Part shown: one piece after another, positions 30,131 to 48,519 of the stretch
Layout of the letters: each line of letters opens with the position of its first letter
Numbering within the stretch: the first letter of the stretch is position 1
NCBI RefSeq assembly: GCF_009914755.1
Contig: NC_060934.1
Strand: one strand, 5' to 3'
DNA length: 64,000 nt
DNA from: the human T2T-CHM13v2.0 reference genome, Homo sapiens
Made by a program: the position numbers and the translations under genes
The notes under the pieces: generated by a model
The model's input: only the letters and a program-made list of their open reading frames with translations
The model's database searches: none
What the model was told of the DNA's origin: nothing

Positions 30131-31783
30131 GACTGATTGTTGTGCCTGTGACTTCCAGTACAATGTTGAATAAGAATGGTGAGAGTGAGCACCCTTATTT
30201 TGTTCCGGTTCTCAGGAGGAATGCTTCCATTCCAGGTTTTGCCCTTTCAGTATGATGTTGGCTGTGGGTTTGTCATAGATGGCTCTTATTATTTTGAGGT
30301 ATGTTCCTTTGCTGTCTAGTGCATTGAGGGCTTTTTAATCATGAAGAGATGTTGAGTTTTATCAAAAACCTTTTCTGCATCTATTGAAATAATCATGTAG
30401 TTTTTGTTTTTGTTCTGTTTATGTGATGAATCCATGTATTCATTTGCATATGCTGAACCAATCTTGCATCCCAAGAATAAAGCCTACTGGATTGTGGTGG
30501 ATTAGCCTTTTGATGTGCTGCTGGATTCAATTTGCTAGTATTTTGTTGATGATTTTTGCGTCTATGTTCATCAGGGATACTGGCCTGAAGTTTTCTTTTT
30601 TCATTTTGTCTTTGCCAGGTTTTGATATCAGAATGATGCTGGCCTCATAGAATGAGTTAGGGAAGAATCCCTCCTCCTCAATTTTTTGTAATAATTTCAG
30701 TAGAATTGGTACTAGCTCTTTATACATCTGGTAGAATTTGGCTGTGAATACATCTGTTCCAGGGCTTTTTTTGGTTGGGAAGTTTTTTAATTACCAATTC
30801 AATTTTGGAACTTGATATTGGTCTAGACATTCAGGACTTCAGTTTCTTCCTGGTTCAATTTTGGGAGGTTGTATGTTTCTAGGGATTTATCCATTTCTTC
30901 TAGGTTTTCTAGTTTATGTGCATAAGAGGTGTTTATAATAGTTTCTGAGGGTTTTTCGTATTTCTGTGGGATTGGTGAGATGATGTCACCTTGTCATTTC
31001 TGATTGTATTTATTTGGATCGTCTCTCTTTTTCTTTATTAATCTAGCTAGTGGTCTATCCATCTTATTATTCTTTCAAAAAACCAATTTTTGGCTTCTTT
31101 GATTTTTTGTATAAATTTTCATGACTCAATTTTGTTCAGTTCAGCTCTTATTTGGGTTATTTTTTCTTCTGCTAGCTTTGGGGTTGACTTGCTCTTGTTT
31201 ATCTAGTTCCTCTAGGTGTGACGTTAGGTCATTAATTTGAGATCTTTCTAACATCTTGATATATGCGTTTAGCACTTTAAGCTTTCCTCTTAACACTACT
31301 TTAGTGGTGTCTCAGAGATTCTGATATGTTGGGTCTTTGTTTTCATTAGTTTCAAAGAGTTTTTTTTATTTCTGTCTTAATTTCATTCTTTACCCAGAAG
31401 TCATTCAGGAGTAGGCTGTTTAATTTCCATGTAATTGTATGGTTTTGAGAGATCTTCTTGTTATTGGTTTCTATTTTTATTGTGCTGTGGTCTGACAGTG
31501 TGGTTGGTATAATTTCATTTTTTAAAAATTTGTTTAGAATTGCTTTATGGCTGAGCATGTGGCTGATATTAGAGTATGTTCTATGTGTAGTTGAGAAGAA
31601 TGAATATTCTATTGTTGCTGAGTGGAGTAGTCTATAGATGTTGGTTAGGTCCATTTGGTCAAGTGTCAAGTTTGGGTCTCAAATATCTTTGTTAGTTTTC
31701 TGCCTCAACGATCTGTCTAACACTGTCAGTGGGGTGTTGAGGTCTCCTACTGTTATTGTGTGGTTATCTAAGTCTCTTCATAG

Positions 31784-32142
<359 letters not shown>

Positions 32143-35100
32143 TAGGATATTTAAGTCTTTTTGTTTAAGAAGACTTCTTGTTTGTCATTATGTAATACCC
32201 TTTTTTGTCCTTTTTGATCATTGTTGATTTTAAGTCTGTTTTGTCTGAAATAAGAAAGTAACCCTTGCTCTGTTTTGTTTTCTGTTTGTTTGATAGATTT
32301 TTTTTTTATCCCTTTACTTTGAGACTATATATGTCATTGAATGTGAGATGGGTCTCTTGAAGACAACATACAGTTAGGTCTTGCTTCTTTATCCAACTTG
32401 TTACTCTGTGTCTTCTAAGTGTGACATTTAGCTCACTTACATTCAAGGTTAATATTGATATGTGAGGATTTGATCCTGTCATCCTGTTGTTAGCTGGTTG
32501 TTATGTAGACTTGATTACATAGTGTTTTATAGTGTCAGTAGGCTGTGGTACTTAAGTGTGTTTTTGTGGTGGCAGGTACTGGTCATTCATTTCCATGTTT
32601 AACACTTCCTAAGTACCTCTTAGGAAGTGTTAGGTACCTAGGTACCCTTAGGTACTTAGGCAAGTCTGGTGGTAACAAATTCCCTTAGTGTTCGTTTGTC
32701 TAAAAAGGAGTTTATTTCTCCTCCACTTATGAAGCTCAATTTGACTGGACCTGACATTCTTGGTTGGAATTTCTTTGCTTTAAGGGTGCTGAATATAGGC
32801 CCTTAATCTCTTCTGACTTGTAAGGTTCCTGCTGAAAGGTTCACTGTTAGCCTGATGGGGTTCCCTTTCTATGTGACTTGCCCCTTCTCTCTAGCTGCCT
32901 TTAAGATGTCTTGGGGATGTTTGCCTGGTATAGTATCTCACAAGGGTTCTCTGAGTTTCCTGAATTTACATGTCAACCTCTCTTGTGAGGTTGGGGAAAT
33001 TTTCATGGACAATATCCTCAAATATGTTTTCCAAGTTGCTTGTTCTTTCTGTATCTCTTTCAAGAATGCCAATGATTCATAGGTTTAGTCTCTTTATATA
33101 ATCTCATATTTCTTGGAGTTTTTGTTCATTTTTAGAAGTTCTTTTCCTTTATTTTTGTCTGCCTGCATTGACTCTAAGGAGCAGATTTTGAGCTCTGAGA
33201 TTCTTTCCTCAGCTTGGTCTATTCTGTTATTAATGCTTCCAACTGCATTCTGAAATTCCTGCAGTGAATTTTTCATTTTCAGAAGTTCAGTTTGGTTCTT
33301 TCTTAAAATGGCTATGTCATCTTTCAAATCTTGGACCGTTTTACTGTGTTCCTTGGATTGGGGTTCAGCCTTCTTCTATATGTTGATGAGCTTCCTTGCC
33401 ATCTAGATTTTGAATTCTATGTCTGCCATTTCAGTCTGGTTAAAAACCATTGATGGGGAGCTAGTGCAGTCATTTGGAGGTAAGAAGACACTCTGGCTTT
33501 TAGAGTTGCCAGAGTTCTTGCACTGGCTCTTTCTCGTCTATGTAGGCTGATGTTCCTTTAATCTTTGAAGTTGCTATCTTTTGGTTGGGGCTTTTTGGTT
33601 TTATATCCTCTGATGCCCTTGAAGGTTTTGCTGTGGTATAAGTGGGGTTTAGTCAATTGGCTTTGTTTCTGGATGCTCTCAGAGGGCCAAGGCTCAACTC
33701 AGCACTCCTGGGCTATGTGTTCCAACCCTGGGGTGCTAGGACTATGCCTAGAGCTTTGTTCTCTGGCCCCTTTAGGTTAAGCACCTGCTGTACTGGAGGG
33801 ACTCAGTTGTTCCCAGTCCACTAGCAACAGCACTCAGATGGGGGCTGTTGGAAAAAGCACTCCAGCAGGACATCGGCAGACCCCCATGGATGTGTGTGCT
33901 GGTTGGAGGAGTGGTGGGGGGAGGTCCATGCACATGTGTGCCAATGAGGCAGGGGGCTGTAAGGGAAGGCTGCAAGTGAGTCCACACTGGTGGGGGAGGG
34001 CTGTGAGCAGGTGCATGCTGGCAGAAGTCTGTCTGCAAAAGCATCCCAATGGTTAGGTGGAGTCCGCTGGTAAAAGAGCTATGGCAGTGACTGCTGGCAA
34101 GCTGAGGCTGCACTGCAAGTAGGTGCAGCCAGGCAGGAACCCTTGGAGAGGCTGGCAGACAGAGGGATGCTCAGATCAGACTGTTTTTTTTCCCATGGGC
34201 AAGACAGCCATGCTCTGCCCAGGTCTGGCAGCCAACAAAGGCTAGAGCTGCCTAGAGGAGTATGGTGGGCCTTGCGGGGGTGGGCACTCATAGCTGTGCT
34301 CCACTGCAGTCATTCCTCCACCTCTGGGCTCTGTGCAGGCTGGAGTTCTCTCTCTGCTAACTCTCCAGAGTTCTGTCTCTGCCAACACTCCAGGCAGATG
34401 TCTGTGGTGGTTGTGGGGGTCTCCCACAGCTAGGATCCTGGAGGTCCATGGAAAGAATTAGCCACTCCATGTGTATATCACTCATCCCTTCCTTAGGAGC
34501 TGCTCAGATCCAGGAATGAGTCTTGGTGCTTGGTCATCCTGTATAGGGTTCCTAGCTTTCTCCCCTTTTAGCCCAGCGTGTGTGTCCTCTCTCTGTCCAT
34601 GCTCAATGCTTTCTTTCTGAAGATCTGTTCAGAGTGTGCTGTTTTACTCGATGGTCTGGTCTGTTTCAGTGGGAGAGGCTCTTCCTGGCTGTGTCTAGTC
34701 AGCCATGCTGGCTCTCTCTCAAAAAGTTTGAGTTGAGTTTTTTATCACTTGCAAGGTAAGGGTTTTTTCTGACACAAAGAGTTGTGTAGCTAAGATAAAA
34801 TTATCATAATCTTTATTAACTAAATAATAAATTTCATTGAACTACATAAAGCAAATTCTCTAGAAATTCAGGACAAAACAAATAGAAATAAAGTTGTAAT
34901 GAAAGACTTTAAATTTCTCTTTAGTGACCAAATAGGAAACAAATCAGTATGAGAAAGTCTGAATAATATAATTAACAGGATAGATCTAATTGATATTATA
35001 TACACAGCACACCTTTAACAGTGCCAGTGGTAATGATACATGTACACATTTTTACAATTAAACCATAATAAAAACTTATTGTGTTCTCTAAAGAAGAAAA

Positions 35101-36499
35101 AACTGTGACAGTCTCTGACAAACACTCAGTCTTGGAGCTAATAACAAAAGTGGAAAAGTAACAAATCCTCGAAACCCTGCAAATCAAACCAAAACCTTCC
35201 TGTGTGATGTATTTTTTGAACAAAAAAGTAAATAAAACTTGTAACTCTAGATAACATATCTAGAAATAGCTACAATAAAAATATGACTTCAAAACCTTTG
35301 AGATATAGCAAAAGTTGGACTTAAGGACATTTTCCATTAAGCACTTTATTAAATAAAAAAGGGAGAAAAACATGATCCAAGCAACCAAATCCAGTAATTA
35401 AAAGAAACTGTATTTTCTGCTCAGTTTTGCTGTGACACTAAGACTGTGCTCAAAAAGTCTATTTTTAAAAAAGTAATTCATAAATTTTAGGAATGAAGAA
35501 GTAAATGACAGATACATTAGAAATTAATAAATTAGAAAATGATATAATTAATAAACACAAGATACAGTTCTTTGTGGGAAAAATTAATGTCATGTGTGAA
35601 TCTACCAGCTAGATTAGTCAAGAACTAAGAGAGAAAGCCCAAATATACAAAACTAGGATTCACACAGGCAAACTAAGCATAGATATTGATAAATGGGAAG
35701 GATTCTAAGGTAGTATTTTGTTTAATTTTCTGCTAATCAACTTGAATAAAAAAATGAAATAAATGACTTTCAAGAAAAATACGTAAGACTATAACCAACT
35801 GAAAGATAATTAGAAAATCCAAATAGGCTCCTAGCCAAGGAAAGGGCTGAGGAAGTTGTTACAGAGATCTTAAACTGCAAAGTTCTAAAACCCAGAGAGC
35901 TTCAGGGACAAATCACCCAAACCTTCAAGGAACAGATAATTCCTGTGCTTCATCAGCTCTTCCAGAGCAGAGAAATAAGGAAAACTTCTAAAATCTTGTT
36001 AGAAAGCCAGAAATTATAAAGAGAGCATGGAAAAAAACTAATCAGTCCACTGACAGACAATGAGTAGGCTGATCTCAATACTCACGTAAAAATCAGCATC
36101 TCCTATTGAAATATAGAACATTCATATGGATATTTAGTATATATATATATCTTATATATGTCCTATTTAATGTGAAATATTAAAGAAATAATGGCCAAAA
36201 GAAGTTCTTAGTAAAGACGAGTAAAGATGGCTTAATATAGAGAACTCTATTCATGTATTCTATCATATACTCTCACTAGATTCCAAACTCATTTAATAAA
36301 TTTCAATATCTGTTCCTTATTTCTAAAAACCCCATAGTAAAATAGAAATAAATGGATACTTCCTAGATAAAATTTTATGTGTTTGTGTGGTGTGTGTGTT
36401 CATTACATCACACAAAACAATACCAATATTCTGCTTCTTGATAAAACACTAGAGGTAATGCCCATTAAAGCCAATAAAAGACAACAGTAATCATTGCTA

Positions 36500-38179
<1,680 letters not shown>

Positions 38180-38185
<6 letters not shown>

Positions 38186-38420
38186 TTACATTTGCTGAGC
38201 ACTTGTTATATGCCAGATATTGTACTAAACTCTTTATACTAATTAACTCATTTGATTCTCAGAAAAACCTAAAAAAGTTAACATTATTATTCTCATTTCT
38301 TAGATAAGAAAATTAAAGTATAGAAATATAAGGTAATGTACCCATATTTTCACAGCTGATGAGTGGTAGAGCCAGAATTTGAACCAACACAATTCCATCT
38401 TTTGCAGAGTCATGCTTTAA
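38180..38420 (-). mobile_element. MIR
   Basis: catttgctgagcacttgttatatgccag, agataagaaaattaa, gtggtagagccagaatttgaacc. Confidence 0.75.
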
Positions 38421-38459
38421 GATCTACCAGTTTGTCTGTGTCTATCTGTATAATATCTG

Positions 38460-40198
<1,739 letters not shown>

Positions 40199-40242
40199 GT
40201 ACCCCCTCACCTGTGCACACAACTCTGAGGCCATGCTTTAAA

Positions 40243-40915
<673 letters not shown>

Positions 40916-40975
40916 CTCAAAGCTATTATTATCAATATTGTTCACATGGGCTATAAAACATAGTTTAAAAAATTT

Positions 40976-41252
40976 TAATATTTACTTATTAAATGCCAGC
41001 TTTGTGCCTGCTCTGTCCTAGAGTCTCTATTTAACTTTTCAGAACAATCCTTCATGGTAGGTGTTATTGCCTCCTGCCCACCTCCACCCTCCCCGCCGCC
41101 CCTGTTCCCCCAACACTTTAGAGGAGGTGAGCAAACTGAGAAAGACAGACTCAAGTTTTTTCCCAGGGTCACACCATAGTAGATAATGGTAGATAATTGG
41201 GTTGAATTCAAACCCAAGTCTGTCTGACTTCAAAGCTCAAACTCTTTCCATC
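40976..41252 (-). mobile_element. MIR with a C-rich insertion
   Basis: gtaggtgttatt, gcaaactgag, cccagggtcacac, ttcaaacccaagtctgtctgacttcaaagc. Confidence 0.75.
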
Positions 41253-42939
41253 GTCCTTGTCTCTCAACAAAGTTCCCCTCATTAAAAACACTCTATGAAG
41301 GAGAATGAAATGGCAGCCATTTCTTTGATCTCACTGAGTGATCTGCTTAAATGCAACATGCCATTATGGTTCTTTGAGTGGCCAGGAGCTAAACTGACCT
41401 AAGCCCTTCCCTGTCCGCTATCCTTGCAGGACACTCAAATCTCCTCCATGTGCCTCACTGCCATTAATTCTGATAAATAGCTCAGAATATGCTTTCAGCA
41501 TATTGCATCATACACTTTGGCATAAGGACGATTATTCTGTAATAAATGAAAGGATCACATCCTGCGGTGAAGAATAAGCAGCAATGTAGATCAATTCCTT
41601 AAAAAGATTTTCTCTTTATTACTGTCAAGGGGTTAGATCTAGGATAGTGTAGCATACAGATAATAAAGGTGAAATACAGGATACTTTACAGATAACTACT
41701 ATCCACTTTCTTTTTTCTGACAGTTATGGAGGGAAAGGAAAACCATAGATGTCTGATAAGACCCAGAGACATCCTTTCATTATATGTCTTAAGAGAGAGG
41801 AACAAGTGAGAGTAACATAGAAAGAGACATAGGGAAAAAAATTAGAAGGATAAAGAAAAAATCTGAGCACTTCTTTATTATATGGGTGGTTTCTGATTAC
41901 TGCACATCTGTGAACAATATTTGAGATTTATTTCTTCTCTCTGGGGATTCCTTGCTGGGCTAAAGTTGATGTCTGGAGCTATGTATAGCTTCTGTGAAAG
42001 GATCCCTTGGCAAATTAAATTCCACGGTTTTGTCTTCATTCATAATGCATACTTTATACATCTCCGCAAATAACGATTGAAATTTAAACTAGAGAGTGAC
42101 AAAATAGACCTGGCTCTGGGTCTAAACAAAATTGGAATATTTGACTATTCTGAAGTCATCCCTGATCACTTTCCCTTTAATATTAGGCTAATCTTTTCCC
42201 ATTGAAAGGGTTCTTTTTCACATTTAGAATTATCAACAGTGAAGAATGAAAACAAAGATGCTGTAGCACAATTTCTCAAAATAAGTTTCTATGCTAACAT
42301 CATCCATATGAAAATAGGGAGACAACCACCATAAAAAGTTAAAAGAGAAAGGAAAAAGGAATAAAACAAACTACTCCCCACTTCCTCCCCAAACTGACCT
42401 AGCCCTGAGGACACAGTAAAATTTCTATATGAGTGGCCGCAGTAACTGTGGGCACAGATTCAATTTTTCAATATAATTATTTCAAGTTCTAACCTTAAGG
42501 TTCCTATAAACACAATTCCAAATCTTAAAGTACTCCAAAGATCTTCATCTGCATTAAGCAGGAGAACGAAGGCATCCTTCACTATGGAGATCCATAATTC
42601 AGAATTATGTCACACTACAAAATGGAAGCTAGGATTCAACCTGCTGATAACTGATGAATTTACCAACGTTGCAGTCTGTTTGGAGAGCTGTGAATTGTCT
42701 AGATTCACTTAAGTGCAGGTTAAAAACTTGCTCTTTTTCTGTATTTGTTTGCAAATGATTAGTATACTGTTTAAAAAAAGAAAAGCAGGATATGAATGAC
42801 AAAGAAATCATGAAACAGAGGGCATGGGTATCAACATTATAAAAACATAAACATAGAGTAAATAGAAAAAGGGAAACAATTATTCATAATCACAACATTT
42901 TAATACTACCATTTGTAGCATTTTAATTTTCTCTTCTGA

Positions 42940-43235
42940 TTTTTTTTTTTTTTTGAGACAGGGTCTCACCCTGTTGCCCAGGCTGGATTGCGGTGGCATG
43001 ATCACGGCTCACTGCAGCCTCGACTCCCAGGCTCAGGTGATCCTCCCTCCTTAACCTCCTAAGTAGCTGGGAGTACAGGTGTGTACCACCATTCCTAGCT
43101 AATTTTTGTATTTTGTGTAGAGATGGGGTTTCATCATGTTGCCCAAGCTGGTCTTGAACTCGTGAGCTCAAGCAATCCTCCTGCCTCGACCTCTGAAAGT
43201 GCTGGGATTACAGGCATGAGCCACAGTGCCTGGCC
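42940..43235 (-). mobile_element. AluJ
   Basis: gagacagggtctc, atcacggctcactgcagcctcgac. Confidence 0.92.
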
Positions 43236-43250
43236 AAGATCTTTTTTCTC

Positions 43251-43290
43251 ATATATATATATATTTGTGTGTGTGTGTGTGTGTGTATGT
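43251..43290. repeat. (TA)n(TG)n compound microsatellite
   Basis: directly visible. Confidence 0.9.
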
Positions 43291-43607
43291 AGGCACTCTC
43301 TTCCCTTATAAAAGTCATATTCATTTTGCGACATCATTTGTCTCTTGTTTTTTGAAATCTAACATCATACATAACAAGTATTTACAAAGTTTCTATGTAA
43401 TCTTAACAATCTCTCTAATGGATATACCATAATCACTTTTGTATGACTATAAATGTGTGTTGTGTCTCAATTTTGTGTATATATTTGTGTATAGAATATC
43501 TTCATGCATACTGCTTTTTCTTTTTTCTTCCTCTCTCCTGTTTTCTTTTGTCCTAATCAACACCATTATTCCCCTCCCTGCCACATGGAACAATTCTAAA
43601 AAGTTTC

Positions 43608-43976
<369 letters not shown>

Positions 43977-45318
43977 CTAAAGGGATATCTGTGTCATTGC
44001 TTCTAACTGCAGTATATGTTCCATGACCTGCCTTGTAAACTATCCATTTTCCCAGTGCTGGGATTCCAGATTTCTTCCAGCTCCCCACCACAACAAATAA
44101 CCATGTCCAAAATTCACCAGTAAAGGCATCTAGACCTAGAGGTGTTTTTTTTTTTTTTTTGTGGGAGAATTTTTAATTACAAATTCATTTTTAAAAATTG
44201 ATAAAGAGCTGTGCAGATTTTCTAATTTTTTATGACAGTGTTGTTAGTTTGTATCTTTCAAAGGTTTGTTGATTTTATCTAAATTTTCACAATTATTGAC
44301 TGAAAGTTGTTCATAGTATTTCCCTATTATTCTTTTAGTATCTGTAGGATCCATAGTGATGTTCTCTCTTTCGTTCCTGATATTGATAATGTGTTATCTG
44401 TTTTTACTTGATCAATCTAGACAGAGTTTTATCATTTTATTGATATTTCCAAAGAACCAATTTTTGTTTTATTGATTTATTTCCACTGTTTGTTTTTCAT
44501 TTCATTGATTTCCATTTATATCTTTATTATTTTCTTCTTTCTATTTATTTTAGGTTTAATTTAATATTCTTTTTATATACTCTTAAAGGGGAAGCTTAGA
44601 TCATAAAGATTAGACAATTATTCTTTTCTAAAACAAGCATTTAAAGCTATACCTTTTCCTCTGAACACTGCTTTAATATCAAACCAGAACATTATGTTAC
44701 ATTTTCATTATCATTCAATTTGAAATATTTTCTCATTTCTTCTGTGATTATTTCTTTGCCCTATGGATTATTTTAAAGTGCATTGTTTAATTTCAAAATG
44801 TTTGAGTATTCTAAAGATACCATTTGTATTGATTTCTAATATAGTTCTGTAGTGGTCAGATAGCATACTATGTATAATTTCAAATTTAGTAAGACTTGCT
44901 TTGGTGAATGTCCTATGTATACTTAAAAAAAGTATTTTGCAGTTGTTGGGTGAGGTTTATTTTAAATACCCATTAACTTATATTTGTTCATAGTGCTATT
45001 TTCTATTTGTCTGATTTTTGTCTCCTAGTCCATCAATTACTGAGTGTGGAGTATTGAAATAACTACCTGCACTTCTTTTTTTTCTTCTCCTTATAGTGAT
45101 TTTACTTTTCAATGTATTCTTGTGTTTGTGGTGATTGGGTGGAAATGCATTTAGGATTGTTATGTCTTCTTGATTAATGGACTCATTTATCACTTAAAAT
45201 CTTCCTTTTTGTTGTAATATTTCTTATCTTTATTTCTTTGATGTTAATAGAACCACACCAGTTTTCCTGTAATTTATAATATATAGTTAGATTATGGGAT
45301 AACTTTTTCTGTTTACTT

Positions 45319-45838
45319 AATTTTTTAAAAAAATTTTAAATTAAAATATTTAAATAGACACATAATTATACATTAATATCCCTACATACTCCATGAATAT
45401 AATTATACATAAATATGTATAATTAAGCATACATATTTATATATATTTATACACATACACATTTATGTATACATACATATAATTATATGTATAATTAAGT
45501 AAACATATTTACACATACATATTTGTACACATACATATTTATATATACATATATTTATACATACATATGTATAATTCATTATACATATGTATGTATAATT
45601 ATTACATTTAATTTATGGTGTACATAGGGATATTTTGATACATAAAATGTGTAGTGATCATATCAGAGTAATTAGCATATCCATGACCTCAAATATTTAT
45701 CATTTCTTTGTGTTGGGAAACATTCAGATTCTTCTCTTTTATATATTTGAAATTATGTCATAAACTGTCGTGAACTATGATCATCCCACAGTGCTATAGA
45801 CACTAGAACTTATTCCTCCTATCTAGCTGTAGTTTTAT
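45319..45838 (-). mobile_element. L1MA4/5-like 3' end fragment
   Basis: gtgatcatatcagagtaattagcatatcc, catttctttgtgttggga, ctagaacttattcctcctatctagctgt. Confidence 0.8.
45362..45610. repeat. AT-rich degenerate TATACA/TATGTA low-complexity array
   Basis: directly visible. Confidence 0.85.
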
Positions 45839-45866
45839 AAAAATTATGGAATGTTTCACAGATGTG
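45839..45866 (-). pseudogene. 3'-terminal U6 snRNA fragment fused to L1 (putative U6/L1 chimera)
   Basis: tatggaatgtttcacagatgtg matches U6 reverse complement TATGGAACGCTTCACGAATTTG at 17/22, preceded by an A-run; lies between the L1 truncation point and the TSD. Confidence 0.55.
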
Positions 45867-48519
45867 TTCTCTGTTTACTTTTCACCTACCAATGCCTTCA
45901 CAGCCTTTATATTTAAAGTGAAGCTCTTGTAAAGAGCACATAGCTCAGTCCTGCTGAGGTTTTTAGTCCAGTGGAATTAGGCCAAGGTGAGTCAGCTCAG
46001 AATAGGGAATGCAGTACACCAAGATGAGTCTGGGAAACTAGTGGGAAAGTGGAATTATTTTAGTAACCAAAAAGGTGTCATCTTAATTTGCAATGAAGAA
46101 CATTTTAAATCCAACTATCCAGATGGCTTTAATTTACTAAACTATTTCTTAACCTCTAGTATCATGTTTACTTAACAGTGCTGATCCAAAAATATGTTAC
46201 AGGCATTGGGGGAAGAAGTCACTTAATTTCAACCTCTTGGGGGAAAAACAAGCAACAAATAAAATCAGAATTTTTTTATTGTTTCTTTTTAGAACTCCGC
46301 CTGTTATTAAAGTTGTGCTCGTTGGATAATTAAGTACTCTGGTGATAGTCGGCACTGTTAAGATGCTGAAACAGAAAGACAACATTTCATTATTTTCTAA
46401 TAACCTATAGTCTTTAGGCCGTGGAGCTCCTAAGATCAATATTTTTATCTCTGTAAGGGCAGTGAACATTCATTTTGTTACACATCTAGCATTTCCAAAG
46501 AGGTCACTGTTTCACACAAATAGAGTCGCCTAGTACTCTGTTATTATAATGAATCCCCTCCAAGAGACATAAAATACTTAGAAAATTGCAAACTCCTGTT
46601 TTAACCAGCATGATTTCCAACAGTTCTAATAAATGTTTTTTTAAAGAAAAAAAAATCACCCTGACAACAAACAGTTGCTTTTATCATCCCTGCCATCAAA
46701 TAGTAAAGATCTGACAGCTCTTCAGGTAATCAATTTTCATGAATTCCTAATAACAGTTAGAAAACCAAGTAGGTCTCCCAGCCTCAGCAGCTCAACAGTT
46801 GTGTGTAGGCTATAATTTAAAAAAACAGTTAGTCATCTCATCATACGAGTCCTGAGATCATACTGTTAACTTTTATACAAGAAATATGGCTTGTTCTACA
46901 CACAATGTGTACTATCCTGTGGCGTAACTAATAGGACAATTAGGGTTTATCACTGAATTTGTATATATCAGCATTTTCAATTTCACCTCAGGATTTAGTT
47001 TTCAAGTCCTCAACCTGATGTGGAAATATGATTTTAAAATTTGACATTGCAGCAGGGCAAACTGCCCTTTTTGAAAGAGTTTGCTAAATGATTAGAAGAA
47101 TACGAATCTTAAATCCGGGCTTCAGGAAACATTGGATCATAAATTAAAATGCTGTTTATAAAACCGTTCCCAAATTGTGCTAAAGTTTTTTAGGTGAAAT
47201 AGGTTCTCTGACATGCTGTATTTGAAATCGGAAGGAGGAAGATTTTGTCATTGTTGTTGTCTTCCAACTATATATCTGCATGCCACTGATTTTTATTCAC
47301 TCTGCTCTCTGAATTTGAACAATGAAAAGGTCGTATTAATGCACCACTTGGTAGAACAATGGCCGAGGTCCCTCTTGGCAGCTGAAAATCTAGATCATGA
47401 ATCTTGATGGAGAAAGATGTCAGTCCATAAATATGTAAGATGTCCTTAAGCCAAGAGATCTATCATTTTGGCCTTATTTGTCAGATACAAAGAAGCAGAG
47501 CCATTCTCCTGGGACCCTGGAGCTCCCAGCCAAAGCTCCCTTCTCCAAAGAAGACTTTCACATGAAGCCTGCCTGAGGACTGCTTACTTCCTGGTTATTT
47601 TACTAAAAGAATGTACGGCAAAAATAAAAGACAAAGAGGCATTATTTAAACTGTTCAAGGGGAAAATCCCAGCAATCAATATAGCCTACAACCCTAATCT
47701 CTTCGAATGGGTTAGACTAAGAAATGTGGAAAGGAGATCGATTTTGATATGTTTTTAGTTTAGGAGCAAACCACACTTTAATTCTACTGTGTAGAATTTC
47801 ACCTCTTGCTATTAGTTATGAATACAAATTAGAGGTCAGAACTGAAAATTTGGTCTTGAAATAACTTTCTCATTTGTCCAGTGTAATACCTGCCTCTCAA
47901 AAATTTAAGCATTATGAAATAACATGTGTGAAATGTGTGGCATGAATTTTTAAAGCTCACCTTGCATGAAAATGATTTTACATAATACCAAATAACTACA
48001 ATTTATGGTTCTCAGGGAAAACAGGAGTGATCAAATTATTCATGAAGTCAGATTTAACATGGTTATCAATGGGCTATAGGAGACTAATTGACAGGTAAAA
48101 ATGCAACCTATCAACACCAAGTAGATAATGTGAACTTAAGTTCCTTTATATGCTGTATACCTCCAGTAATTGAGCCTGTCTTCTAAACTCTAAAATGGTA
48201 AGGCTGTGAGAATATACAGTGCCCAAAACTTAGTTATATTTAGGAAAATGATACTCTTTTCCATCATTTGCATTGGTGAATGTGTAGGGGAAGAGTTACC
48301 AAAGAGGTTAAGTTAGATTGAAAGAAATCTCCTCAAAAATTAAATTGGAAAGAAAAAATTGTAAAAATTTTAAACAGATAAGTAAATCATCTGTATTTGG
48401 AGGAATGATCGTATCTATTTGCCTTTCATTAATAAATGTTGGATATAACAGTTGGAATTTAAACAAACTTTCAACACTTTTTTTTTTTTATCTGTTGATT
48501 TCATAGTCTTCAGGTTTTA

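Larger units (their letters stand above)
44105..45955 (-). mobile_element. Old L1M ORF2 5' part, interrupted by an L1MA 3' fragment
   Basis: aattcaccagtaaag, aaagaaccaa, EN-like INQEDITILN. Confidence 0.7.

Noticed and set aside
41395-41600. Possible minus-strand coding exon after a ttttaag acceptor
   Set aside because: Stops in all three frames, weak acceptor, no supporting evidence.
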